A stretch of 64,000 bases of DNA from Hormiphora californensis (taxonomy: Eukaryota > Animalia > Ctenophora), in the NCBI GenBank assembly GCA_020137815.1, contig CM035350.1, forward strand, positions 3,782,001 to 3,846,000, read 5' to 3'. Positions within the stretch are counted from its first letter, which is position 1; each line of letters opens with the position of its first letter. Under the pieces are notes generated by a model. The model saw only the letters and a list, made by a program, of their open reading frames with translations, was not told the DNA's origin and did no database searches. Both the position numbers and the translations under genes were made by a program. Shown piece by piece: positions 48,409 through 61,497 of the stretch.

Positions 48409-50930
48409 CTAAAAACTTGTGGGGCTCTCGCAATAACTTGAGAAGAATTCGTCTCTTTCAGAATCAAACTCGCTATCTGTGTCCTGGTATATGGGCCCAT
48501 TGACCGCAGGTGGTACTTCAGGCGGGAAATGAAACGTTTCTGGCTCACTGTCCAATCTGACTTCTTCCTCTTTTTCTGCTTTTACATCTTCTCCCTCTAT
48601 CTTCTCAGGGACATCTTCCCAACCTTCTTCCTCCTCTTCTTCTTCTTCTTGTTTCTCAGGTTCTACCTCAGCTTCCTTCTCACCTCCAGCATCTTCACCG
48701 CTATTGCCGTGTTGAGGAGGAGGAGGCTCTACACAGACTATATCTTTCTCAGTCACCACATCACTTTCAACCACCTCACCCTCTTCCTCCGAGAGTCCAT
48801 CATCAAACCAGTTCATACTGAAGTTTTTGGGATTACTCCAGTCATCCTCACCAGATGTTTCCTTCTTGGTTTCAACACAATTAACAAGAGTCTCCTCCCC
48901 ATCCTCGTCGCTACTACCAACACCATTCTCAACGATACTGCCTGGTGTGGGGGCAGCTGGGGGACTACTACCCTCCCTGGGGTTAGTTATTGTCGCTCTG
49001 GTAACAATACTGCTTGGAGTCTGCTGCTGTTGTTGTGGGGGTGTCGAAGCAGGGGGTTGTTTCGTCGTGGAAGGAGATGGACTGAGACGGGGTGGGGGTG
49101 GCGGCTCCGAGATGTCAAGTGCGTTAAGTTGTCGTCCCGTTGCATTTAGCTGACACTTTCTGATTATGTCTGAGTACGTTGGGCGGCTCGTGTCGTGTTG
49201 CTGAGGGAGAGATAATGTGTAATAGAGAGAGAAAGGGAAAGAGAAGGAGTGAGTGAGATAGAGAGGAGAGATAATGTGTATTAGAGAGAGAAAGGGAAAG
49301 AGATGGACAGAGAGCGAGATATAGAGAGACAAGATAAGCATGTTCACAGCATTATTCTCTACCTTTTGAATGGCCACAGGTTTTGGTTGAAAATCGTTTT
49401 TTCTAGCACCGCCTTTGGTGGGTTTCCTCATTGGTCGCATCGATCTGAATCGAAGTACATAATCAGTATTAATTAATTTTACAATCAATATGAAACATTA
49501 TACAATATCAGAGAACAATTATACTTTCTACACACCAGCCCCCTTACCTCGATGCTTTGTGCTGGTTAGGTTGAGTGGGTTGGACTGCTGTTGTCTTGGT
49601 GTGGGGGGTAGAGGAGGGACCTTGCCTCCAGGATGCCGCTGAGTCTGCAGGCCCCTTGGCAGCTGCATGGGGGCTCAGGGTAATGTTGGGAGTCTGTTGC
49701 TGTTGGGGGCCCCATGAAGAGTTGAAGTATACCTCTGGCTGCGGAGAAAAAGGGGTGTTACAAACAAAGTCAATTTGATGTCCATTCTAAAACTGTCAGG
49801 AAAAACGAGCTAGCTGAATGCAGAATGGAGTTCCACCATCACCAAAACTATAGTATGATGGAGTTACAACGCGTTCCATTAATGGAACTGGGATGGAACT
49901 CTATTCACTAGGATGGCTGATAGTTATAATAGTTATAATTATTTAGATTTTAGAATTATTGTGGACCCTAACCTGAACTGGTGTCTTGCTACTAAGAGGT
50001 GGGAAAGATGTCGACTCCTTCAGGTCTGGCGGTGGTTTTGGGATGGATGGTTCTCGTGGTGGCCTCCGGGCTGGTACGGTTCGATGTGATGAAGGTACAG
50101 GTCTGATGTTCTTTTTCGGTAGAACCATTCGATCTCTTTCGCGGTCCAAACGATCTCTTCTTTCTAACCCTCGATCATTGGTCCGTTCTCCCCTATCACT
50201 GGTCCGTTCTCCCCTATCACTGGTCCGTTCTCCCCTATCACTGGTCCGTTCTCCCCTATCACTGGTCCGTTCTCCCCTATCATTGGTCCGTTCTCCCCTA
50301 TCACTGGTCCGTTCTCCCCTATCATTGGTCCGTTCTCCCCTATCACTGGTCCGTTCTCCCCTATCACTGGTCCGTTCTCCCCTATCGTTGGTCCGTTCTC
50401 CCCTATCACTGGTCCGTTCTCCCCTATCATTGATCCGTTCTCCCCTATCACTGGTCCGTTCTCCCCTATCACTGGTCCGTTCTCCCCTATCATTGGTCCG
50501 TTCTCCCCTATCATTGGTCCGTTCTCCCCTATCATTGGTCCGTTCTCCCCTATCACTGGTCCGTTCTCCCCTATCAGTGGTCCTTTCTCCCCTATCACTG
50601 GTCCGTTCTCCCCTATCACTGGTCCGATCTCCCCTATCGTTGGTCCTTTCTCCCCGGTCTCGATCTATCCGATCCAAGCTTCTATCGCTTATCCGATCCG
50701 ATCGATCGTTCACTCTGTCCCCAGCCCGTTCAATACCCCTATTCCCGCCATAATGATGACTCATGGCAGGCTTCCTATGATCCCTGTTACCTCTGGGAGG
50801 ATTGAAGGAACTGGCCGAGGACACAGTACTACTTCCATCGCTGTCGTTCCTTTTGTGTCTCGAATGCCTGAGAATAAAGTTTGAGTAGAGCGCGGGAATA
50901 ACTGGTTAGAGTGTGTGAGAGAGAGAGAGA

Positions 50931-51001
<71 letters not shown>

Positions 51002-53201
51002 TCTGAGAGAGAGATCAGAGATCTACAACACTCACCTATCGTTATATCGCCACGTTGATCTTCTACCTTTCCGTCGAGAAGGTCCATCCCCAGGATGTCC
51101 CCTACCCCTTGGTCCGCCTCCCCCGCCCCTTCCCTCCCCTGGTACAGTTCCTCCACCGCCCCCAATAGCGGGCGGGCCAGGGCCATAGTGTTCGGGGGCT
51201 GGAGGCCCATATCCGGCCATGTCAAGGGGCACCATGCCCCACATTAGAGGGACCATGGCGGGGTAAGGGTACATGTTGTTAGGACTTGGACCTGCAGTCG
51301 TGGGAGAGGTATATCCCACCGGATCTGAACTTCGCTGGATTGTTTTAGCTTTAACCCGGACCTGAGCAGTGTGAAACGGTGAGCATGCAGCAGAGAGAAG
51401 GGGTAGGTGTAGCTTAGCTGGCTGGAAAGATGCAATTCCAACAGAAAAAGAAAAAACACAGTAGGTATAGCAAAACTTTTTTGTTATGATTGTGTGACTG
51501 AACTGTGTGATTGAACTGTGTGATTGAACTGTGTGATTGAACTGTGTGATTGAACTGTGTGATTGAACTGTGTGACTGAACTGTGTGACTGAACTGTGTG
51601 ATTGTGTGATTGAATTGTGTGATTGAATTACATGTGACTGAACTGTGTCATTGTGTGACTGAACTGTGTCATTGAATTGTGTGATTGTGTGATTGAACTG
51701 TGTGATTGAATTGTGTGATTGTGTGATTGAATTGTGTGATTGTGTGACTGAACTGTGTGACTGAACTGTGTGACTGAACTGTGTGATTGTGTGATTGAAC
51801 TGTGTGACTGAACTGTGTGATTGTGTGACTGAATTATGTGATTGAATTGTGTGATTGTGTGACTGAATTGTGTGACTGAACTGTGTGCCTGAACTGTGTG
51901 ATTGTGTGATTGAAATGTGTGATTGAACTGTGTGACTGAACTGTGTGATTGAATTACATGTGACTGAATTGTGTGTGACTTTGTGATTGAATTACACTGT
52001 ATGTCAAGTGTGAAAGAAGTTCAGCGGACCTTGTCAGGACAGCAGCGAGTGTAAGAGAAGAAGACAGCACTTGGCAGCGGGGGGAGAGCATCCTCTCAAA
52101 CCTTGATAAGGTCCCCTCGGAAGTACTGGGGCTGCTCCCGGAATAGGGAGTAGGCGGTGAGGGCCTCGTGTTCCGTGCGGAATTCCACGAACCAGGAATC
52201 GTTGTGGGCTGGTGTGCACTTCACACATGGTGGACAGCCCAGTTGGTTGTTGAATAGTGCTGCAATCTCCTGGTAGGGGGATAAGGGATTGTAATGGGGG
52301 ATTATGGGGGGATTATAATGGGGGATTATAATGGGGGATAAGGGAATATAATGGGGAATTATAATGGGGGATTATAATGGGGGATTATGGGGGGGATAGG
52401 GGATTATAATTGGGGATTAGGGACTATAATATGGAATGGGGGTTATAATGGAGGGGGGAGATAAGAAGTGGGGTTATTATTTCATTGTGAACAGAAACAT
52501 GCCAAGCCCAAGAGGTACACGTCATCTTCTAACTCAGGGTGGGGCACACAGAATATTGGGAAACATTTAACAGTACTCGTGTGAATATGAGTTTACATGG
52601 ACGATAGCATTGGAGAATGGAAAGGGAATAAAAAGATGAGAACATGATTATAATCAAGTATATCATTTATATACCTGGGGAGTTGCAGGCTGGATGATAT
52701 CTCTAAGAATAAGGGTACATCTCCTAATTATGGGCCGAACTTTACTCCCAGTGCTGTCTATCTGAACTTCATCTGACCCATGGAGAGCTTCCTTTATCAC
52801 CTCTATATCTGTAGTCAACTTGCGAACCTGAAAGTTATCTCTTGTAAAAAAAGCGCGACATTTCATGTGATTGATTAATTTGAGAGGATCGTGTAGTATG
52901 AGCTAAACTGCCACTATGCAATAGTTATTTGGTTATCTCTAACATCAATTCTCTTCTCACAATTTTGTAACACAACTCATTATATCGATGATGTATAATT
53001 TTCTCGGACCATTTACATGCAATCACGAGTTTTCTATTTCTGTCTTTTCGACCTTCCCACACTTATTCTTGTGTGTACTTTTTAATTGTTTTCATTCCCT
53101 CTCTCGATCTCGTTTCTCTTTTTATCTCTCATTCATGCAAAGTGCAAGTAATATAATAGGGTGACTGTTACAGTGTATGAAGTTCATAAACCCTATAAGA
53201 C

Positions 53202-53274
<73 letters not shown>

Positions 53275-53982
53275 AGAGAGAAGAACAGATAGAGACAGAT
53301 AGAGAGATAGATAGAGAGGGAGAAAGCACTCAGCAAATACTCATTACCGCATTAAAGTTGGCAACAGTCCAAATTGGTACGAACTGGTCGCCATCCATCT
53401 GTGAAACAAGATACTTGTCCGTCGCCAGGTTCTCTCTAAAAAGAAAAGTAGTTAAAATATATCGTCATCGCACTATTTTTCTCTCAGTACATGTAATAAC
53501 CGTAACCGCAATTTAGTTTGAGAGTGCAGTCGATCGCACAAATAAAATGGATTTACAGAAAAGAGACAAACACACTTACAATGAGAAATAGTACTCGAGT
53601 TGGCGCCGCACTTTCGTAACAATAGAGCTCTCCCCTCGGGCACCGTGCTGTTCCTCAAGATCCATTTCATCGCCCAGCTCCTCTTTCCACATGACGATGG
53701 GCTTGGAGAGGGCTATAGGGTAGCCGAGAACTTCTGGAGAACTCTAAGAGGGGGGGGGGGTGGTGGTGAGAGGTGGTGTACTAATGATTGGGCAACAAGA
53801 GTGGGGTGATGAAATAGTAATTGGTATACCTGGGTAGAGACAGCGTTAGTGTATGCTGCACAGAGAGACAAAGTCGGCTGTTTTCCCTCTGTTGTCGAGT
53901 GAGAAGTGCCATTCACTTGACATACACTGGAAGATGCAAAATTAGCAAAGATTGGGTGAATTTGAGCACACAATTTGTCCAT
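48409..53982 (-). CDS. LARP4: La-related protein 4-like (La motif plus RRM), multi-exon
   Basis: Phase-consistent exons 53982-53830 (tentative), 53743-53580, 53435-53348, 52827-52675, 52269-52102, 51361-51036, 50867-49973, 49738-49548, 49444-49363 and 49200-48409. Motifs [61 protein letters not shown]. The start codon is uncertain (alternative ATG at 53692). Confidence 0.9.
50168..50659 (-). repeat. Coding 21-bp minisatellite, ~23 units, encoding (DRGERT[S/N])n
   Basis: (TGGTCCGTTCTCCCCTATCAC/T)n within LARP4 exon 50867-49973. Confidence 0.93.
51490..51995. repeat. Intronic minisatellite (TGTGTGAYTGAAY)n
   Basis: Direct reading; 13-bp and 8-bp variant units. Confidence 0.9.
52275..52452. 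repeat. Intronic minisatellite (GGGGATTATAAT)n
   Basis: Direct reading. Confidence 0.85.
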
Positions 53983-55541
53983 GTTCCTGCAGTGGGACTA
54001 AAAAGGGCACAATGATGGCGCGCGCGTCATTGTCGCGCAAGTATTGCAACTCAAGCGGGAGGGCGTCGCGCGTTACTGCAGGGGAGCGTTATTGGGCAAC
54101 ATAGCCAACTATGAGGGTAATGTCATGACGATAATGAGAAAACTAATTATAAAATGAAGATGGGGGTTGAACATAACAAGAGCACTGTATAGCCATCAAG
54201 CTATCTTTGAATAAAAAGCATCAAGTTCGTAACAGAACGTAGCAGAAAATTCGTTTTTTTGGTTTTTGTGTTAATATAGCTCTCTGCAAAGATTGTGCAC
54301 TTGTATTGTACAGCTGTATCCTTAGTTAATCCAATACCTATTTTGAGGTAACTAAAGGATTGGAAATATGCCCATGAACAGGACAAATACAAAATGATTC
54401 GAGGAGAAACTATGATGGTCTGGAAAGATAGATGGGTCCAATGTGAAACAAAGAATGTGAGATGAACTAAATGGGGAAGGGATGTTCTCCGTAAGGCGTG
54501 TCATTATATACCAATTCAATGATGATTGAAGAGTAATGATGTGATCATGAATTTCTTACCAATTCATATCTTCCTTTCTAGATGTCTCTCTCCCTAATCA
54601 TATCCATCTCTTATACTCTCTGTCTCTTGACACTCCCATCAATTCTCTCAAAATTCGGTAATTGAGCCGACTAAAATGTATCTCTTATATAGCAGTTGCG
54701 TAACACAGGTTACAATCTTATACAAGCACAGCCACACGGGGGGGATGGAGGAGTAACGTGTTGCAATGGGAGAGAACGAGTGAGAAAAGTGAAAGTGAGA
54801 AAGAAGATCTAGAAGCTGAGAGAGAGAGAGGGAGTGAGAATTGGTGATGCAATGGTGGAATTGCAACACACTCCTCCACTGCGGTATATAACTGTCACTG
54901 CAGCGCATAATATATGCAATTACCGTTATTACTATAATCATAGGCTATTACATGCACAGAATGCACAGTCAGCACACCACTACAGCTATAAGGGGGGGGG
55001 GGTGAAGTAATTTCTTGGATTAAACAAGCACATTTTAATCAAGATTGAAATATCCGATTATCTAACATTCTGAAGCACCATCTTTTTGCTTTGAAAGGAG
55101 AAAAAGAAACAGGCAATTGTTCAGGCTCTTTACCGTACAGGTTCTGTACCGTACTAAGTAATATGCGAATGAAGAGCTGAACAGCATAATCATGATAATT
55201 GTAAGATCAGTACTCAATTGAGGGTCACAGTCAAAAACAACAAAATGACAGAGCTCGCACAGAGCCCAAGATACATAAAATATGAACGTGTAGAAAATAC
55301 CACTGAACTTCTTCACATTCTGGTCAGGCATGACACAAGTTTCAAAAAAGTTAACCAATTATCTGAAAGTCGATACGTAATGGGTAAAGTCCCCGGTAAA
55401 TCGGGGTCCGACTGTATTGACTTTGTTATGGATTGGAAGAATCAAAATTTAGACGAAAACTTAGTTCTTTTCGACTTTTTTTGCGCTTAATCATTAAGCC
55501 ATTAACACCACGGTACACCGACCACGATCATTAAAATTTAA

Positions 55542-56286
55542 ATATCCAGGCGCCAGCGGCGACTTTAATTCAATTCAATTCAATTGACTATAATTTAGTA
55601 AGATATATATGATATCGGCAAAAATCGGGCGCCGTTACGATCTGGGTGTTTGCTGGCCTGTTTACAAGTGTACTGTGTTTGCTGCCAAAAAAGTACCCTG
55701 CACTAAAATGGCTCTAACCACCAAACCACTCAACTGTTTTGGCTAATCCAATCTTTATCTGATAGGAAATGTCTAGCCCTAACCCCAACCCAAACACCAG
55801 CCCTAACCTTACTTTGGCCCTAAGGCCTAACCCTAAAAACCGTGAGCACTGCTGACAATCCAAACCTCAGACTTTAATGTTGGCCGCAAAAATCTCCTTA
55901 CATATCCAGGCGCCAGCGGCGACTTTAATTCAATTCAATTCAATTGACTATAATTTAGTAAGATATCGGCAAAAATCGGGCGCCGTTAGGCGTTACGATC
56001 TGGGTGTTTGCTGGCCTATTTACAAGTGTACTGTGTGTGCTGCCAAAAAAGTACCCGGCCCTGCACTAAAATGGCTCTAACCACCAAAGTTTGGTGACCA
56101 AACCACTCAACAGTCAACTGTTTTGGCTAATCCAATCTTTATCTGATAGGAAATGTCTAGCCCTAACCCCAACCCAAACGCCAGCCCTAACCTTACTTTG
56201 GCCCTAAGGCCTAACCCTAAAAACCGTGAGCACTGCTGACACTCCAAACCTCAGACTTTAATGTTGGCCGCAAAAATCTCCTTACA
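55542..56286. repeat. Tandem duplication (~360 and ~385 bp) containing CCCTAA-like repeats
   Basis: ATATCCAGGCGCCAGCGGCG...AATCTCCTTACA occurs twice. The interior is the reverse complement of ~57545-57790 and ~58440-58620. Confidence 0.88.
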
Positions 56287-56605
56287 GCTTATGAGAAAAC
56301 TTCTCATTCACAGTTTTCCTTTACATTGCATGATTTAATGATTTAAGCTCAAACAAATCAACAACCCACTTCTTGAGTCTTATGATTTGTCATTTGAAGA
56401 TTCGACTTTCGAGGAAAAAATCTCGAAAACGCGCGTCTAAATTTTAACTTTGATCGAGCCAAAATTTAGCTTTTTTGACGCGCGGCTTATTTTCGGCAGA
56501 GCTTTGGAGGTTATATTTCGCGCGTTACAATTTTTACACAGTTTGGCTTCGCGGCGTTGAGGGAAACTTAAAAAATCTGGTATGAGGCCCCTCGGAAAGG
56601 GCGCG

Positions 56606-56993
56606 ATAAGGAACCATAATAAAGTTCAAGAGCCTCCAAGAGCACCCAAGAGCGCACCCGATCGAAGAGAGACCACACCTGAGAGCGCACCACACCCAAA
56701 AGAGACCACACCCAAGAGCGCACCACCTCCAGAAGACACCACTTCAAGAGCGCACCACATCAAAGAGAGCTCCCCATCCAGAAGATACCACGCGCAGGGG
56801 ACACCACGCGCAGAAGAGACCAGCGCGGCGTTGTATTTGCGCGTGCGGTCTCTTCTGCGCGTGGTGTCCCCTGCGCGCGGTATCTTCTGGATGGGGAGCT
56901 CTCTTTGATGTGGTGCGCTCTCGGAGTGGTGTCTTTTGGAGGTGGTGCGCTCTTGGATGGGGTACGCTCTTGAACTTTATTATGGTTCCTTAT
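56606..56993. mobile_element. TIR element (ATAAGGAACCATAATAAAG) with one palindromic cassette (A)
   Basis: Same TIR and cassette A as 6466-6838, in opposite orientation. Confidence 0.85.
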
Positions 56994-57000
56994 TATAATA

Positions 57001-57037
57001 ATAAGGAACCATAATAAACTTTATTATGGTTCCTTAT
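57001..57037. mobile_element. 'Empty' TIR-only copy of the same element
   Basis: ATAAGGAACCATAATAAA-C-TTTATTATGGTTCCTTAT, with perfect 18-bp arms. Confidence 0.8.
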
Positions 57038-59348
57038 CTGGGTGCCTTGCAGCGTGTTTACAGGTGCGTGCTACCAAAAGAGTATACTTAGACCAACTTT
57101 TTTCAAACGGCTATAGCCATGGAACCACTTGGCCGATTTGAGTAAACTAAACGGTATCAGTTAGAGAATCGATAGCCCTAACCGATAACCCCAAACCAAA
57201 CCCTAACCAGACCCTAACGGATAGCCCTAACCCGTCGTGCGCGCCAAAACTACGAATTGTTAGCAATGAAAGGCACCCAGATTTTAACGTTTTCCCCTCG
57301 GAAATGTTCAAGTCATGCACAATCAAGTCACGCCCACCAATCACAGCACAGAACGTGCGGAGGGCTTCGCGCGTTCTGAGGCCCCTCGGAAATGTTCAAG
57401 TCATGCACAATCAAGTCACGCCCACCAATCACAGCACAGAACGCGCGGAGGGCTTCGCGCGTTCTGAGCTGTGATTGGTGGGCGTGACTTGATTGTGCAT
57501 GACTTGAACATTTCCGAGGGGCCTCATGTTTTTTTTGGCCAGCGTTAAAATCTGGGTGTTTTGGGAGTGCTGACAAACGGTTTTTTAGGGTTAGGGCTAA
57601 AGTAGGGTTAGGGTTATGGTTGGGGTTTGGGTTGGGGTTAGGCCTTGACATTCCCTACCAGATAAACTTTGAATCAGCCAAAACGGTTGAGTGGTTTGGC
57701 GGTTAGAGCCATTTTAATGAATCAACTTTTTTGGCAGCGCGCACCTGTAAACAGGCCTTCAAACACCCAGATCGTAACGGCGCCCGTTTTTTTGGGTGTT
57801 CCTTTTTTTCTTGTTTTGAGGGGGAAAAGTGAAAACGTTAAAATCTGGGTGCCTTCCATTGCTAACAATTCATTGATTTTGGCCTTCGAGACGGGTTAGG
57901 GCTGTTGTTAAGGTCGGGTTAGGGTTTTGTTTGGGGTTATCGGTTAGGGCTATCGATTCTCTATCAGAAACCGTTTAGTTTACTCAAATCGGCATTCGGC
58001 CATGTGGTTGTGCGGCTGTAGCCGTTTCAAAAAGTCGGTCTAAGTGGTTTTAAGGTGTACTTTTTTTGACAGCGCGCACCTGTAAACACGCTGCAAGGCA
58101 CCCAGATTATAATCGCACCCTTTTGAGGGCGCCGTTACGATCGTAACGGCGCCCGTAAAGTCTGTGTAAACGATGTGTAAATACTGATCTTTTTCAGGGA
58201 TCCCTTTTCATCGATTTTGGCGGTCGAGACGGGTTAGGGCTGTTGTTAGGGTCTGGTTAGGGTTTTGTTTGGGTTATCGGTTAGTGCTATCGATTCTCTA
58301 TCAGATACAGTTTAGTTTACTCAAATTGGCCATGTGGTGGCCGTTTGAAAATAGTCGGTCTAGAAAATAAAAGTGTACTCGTAAACAGGCTGCAAGGCAC
58401 CCAGATTATAATCACACCCGTGTTTTCAGGGCCAACCTTAAAATCTGGTTTTGGAGTGTCAGCACTCATGGTTTTTTAGGGTTAGGGCTAAAGAAGGGTT
58501 AGGGTTAGGGCTGGGGTTTGGGTTTGGGTTGGGGTTAGGGCTTTCTTATCAGATAAACTTTGGATTAGCCAAAATGGTAGAGTGGTTTGGCACCTGTAAA
58601 CAGGCACCTAGATCGTTATGGTGACGAAATACAGTCAAAAAGTGACAAGAAACATGACTTGAAGTGGCTTTGAAGCTTCCCCAATTGCTGCATTATTTTT
58701 TCCCTGCCCGGGTCCACCACCCGGATGCCTTTTTACTTTGTAAAAAGGCATAGCAGGGTTAGAATTCGAAAACGACATTTTGGTATACTAACTAATCGGT
58801 AGAGGGACCATTTTGGTCACACTTTCGTTGCGAGGGGCAACCGTGCGGCGCGCGCGATTTGAAGTTTGCGGAGTAACTTGCGCGCCCACAAACTATTGAA
58901 AATTTATGAGGCGTGCGTGGCTATAAACTGTAACGCGCGGCAAAATTTGTTTTATATCGGCCGTGCGTCTTGAATGAAGAAACTGGAGAAATTGAAAAAA
59001 TTTTTCTGCGTTTTTTTTGTTGTTTTTTTAAAAATCACTTATTTTAAATAAAACTTGAAAAGCGCTGCCTTATCCCGCGCTATCGGGGGCCAGCAACGTT
59101 TGCCAAACATATCAGTTAAGTGATCAGGAATGATGAGCTGACTGGGGCAGGGAAACTCAGCATTATGGTTAAATAATGCAAATAATTCTTGTTAAAGAAG
59201 TAGGGTGTGCCATGTCACCGCCGTCCAAACCTCACTTACTTGGCCCTGCCTTCTGGGGCTTTTCTTTGCGGTACACGACACTTCGCACTTCACAGTGACT
59301 ATCACTGCCAGACACATACCACTGAAACCATTGCATTTTAGTTTAACA

Positions 59349-60483
59349 ATGAGTGCAGTGGACCTGGCTGGTTGTTGGGCCATTGAAGATGTTGAGAATG
59401 AGGGTGAGTTTCTGAAGAAGATGTTCCAGTCTGATGGAGTCCACCCGACTGAGGAGGAGGTATCTTCTTTTCAGACTATCAGCATCACAGGTGTGTGTTT
59501 CAAGTCCTCTTATCTTTATAACGTGTACTACTTGAATACAAACTACAAAGCGAATGAACACGAAGTATTGTATCTATTGTAATTTTACATGCATGATACA
59601 CGAAAAAACAGTCAACATACAAAAGTTGAGGTTCAACAGTTGGACATAATGAAAATATTAGAAAGTCCTTTGCTCCTTTCTGACGCTTCCTTTTCCAGAT
59701 AACTACTTTACGACTGAGTTGGTATCAATTCGACAAACTAAACGGGGAGAAAAGAAATCATTCTCCCGATTTGATCCTAATTTCTATGCCCCTGGTTCGA
59801 TCGAGACCTTGGAGGATGGCACAGTGGTCCTCACAGATAATGACACCATCAAACTATCTACAATGGTAGAAGAAACAGATGCAGAATCGGGTTAGTGAGA
59901 GAGAGAAAGTATTGTGGATCGAATGATTCATCTTGCACGTTTCCTGTCTCGTCATTATTTAGAGTGGGCTCAGACATTGAATTCGTATTATATTGTAACC
60001 GCGTCAGCAAAATGTTACTCTACAATTGTTATTCTAACTTTCCTTTCAGAGCATTTGAAAACGACGAAAGGAAGCGAGTTTTTCAGATATACGAAACACA
60101 TTGACAAGCCCTCTCTCATGCTGATAAGTGTTAAGGGTGTATTTGTTCACAACAACAATGTGTACATCAAGGTCCAGACACTCAGTGAGAAGTATCACAT
60201 AAAGGTCGGACGGGTGCCAAAGGATGAACTGAAACGAGATGATGTCCTAGTAAGTAATATATAGTACTGCAACTTGAATTTAACATGCCAGAATTAGGAA
60301 TTTAGCAATTCACACCCTTGTATTTTCTAGGAGAGAAAGGTTGAAAAGTTCTCTGAGATAGCTGTTACGAGGACAATAAGTCCGGCAGGGGAGGACGGGA
60401 AAAGAAGAATGAAGATTGAGATGTCGTGTGACGGGGAAACATCGACAATCACTGCTACCACGCATGTTCCGGGGAAATCCTAG
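59349..60483 (+). CDS. 228-aa FABP/calycin-like protein, four exons
   Basis: Exons 59349-59490, 59699-59890, 60050-60249 and 60331-60483 join in frame (687 nt). The N-terminus LAGCWAIEDVENEGEFLKKM resembles FABP G.W....EN..E.LK; the C-terminus TRTISP..DG..MKIEMSCDG resembles the last FABP strands. Confidence 0.7.
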
Positions 60484-61356
60484 AGAGACTTTGCTGTTTC
60501 TATATCATGTTTTGTGGTAAATGGGTTGAAAAGATAGCTGTAAAATATCCTTGGTTGGCCATGCTAGGTCCACGTTATTGGTACTGTTATTACAAGCTTG
60601 AAGTGTCATGGTTTGATAAAACGTGACGTTGCAAAAGTGAGAACAATTTAAGATGGAAATTACAATTTTGATAAGGATGGATGTTGGCCTCCCTAATCAT
60701 GTAACTTGTATATTTCGACTTATGAAGCAGTGAAAATATTTAATATTCCGTATTATTCGTATAATTATGAAAGATCTGACGTCAAGAGTGAGTTTATCGG
60801 TATCTTTAAATTCAATCGTTCTTCTATTTTCAACTCAGCCTTCAGCAATCAGAGTCCTGCAATATACTTACACCGTTATTTTCTATAGCATGACTGATCA
60901 CGATATTTGTGGAGTTTCACCCTGTCCCGCTCTCAAAGTGTCAATGTTGATGTGTGTGGCAAACTCTCGGTCACACTTTTCCAGGTTCGTAGACGTATCG
61001 CGCGGCGTGGTTCAGCTATTTGAGTGAGCGCTGGGCCGCGAGAATCAAACCGGTCGCGCGCGCACTGTCACCATCTTGACCACCAGGGACCTCTCGTGGA
61101 CCTCTCGTGGACCGGTCGATCCTTCGAACCCATTTTCCATTACCCCCGGTTTACAGTTGTGCTACGAGTTGGAAAATAGTCAATTTTATGCAACAACTTA
61201 ACAGTACATCAAGTACAACTTTGTTTTCTACGTGCTTCTTGGTTAGTTATTTTCCTGTCATGGAACTAATAACTATATACTGACATCTCTCGCTTCATAA
61301 GCCTCTTTCTCGCAACTTCTCTCTCGATTTTTCTAAGATTCTCTATTTCTCAATAT

Positions 61357-61497
61357 GATTCCTCAATATCTCTAAGATTCCTCAATATCTCTAAGATTCC
61401 TCAATATCTCTAAGATGTCTCAATATCTCTAAGATTCCTCAATATCTCTAAGATTTCTCAATATCTCTAAGATTCCTCAATATCTCTAAGATTCCTC
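61357..61497. repeat. 19-bp minisatellite (ATTCCTCAATATCTCTAAG) x ~7
   Basis: Direct reading; abuts the stop codon of the minus-strand gene. Confidence 0.9.

Larger units (their letters stand above)
56586..58130. mobile_element. Large foldback element with telomere-like repeats and nested insertions
   Basis: Arm ~57038-57294 (plus 56586-56605) is the reverse complement of ~57831-58130; internal palindrome and duplication at ~57296-57522. Confidence 0.7.

Noticed and set aside
49986-50753. Alternative-frame and antisense ORFs (IGENGPV)n and (SLVRSPL)n
   Set aside because: By-products of a stop-free 21-nt repeat; only the DRGERT frame is splice-compatible with LARP4.
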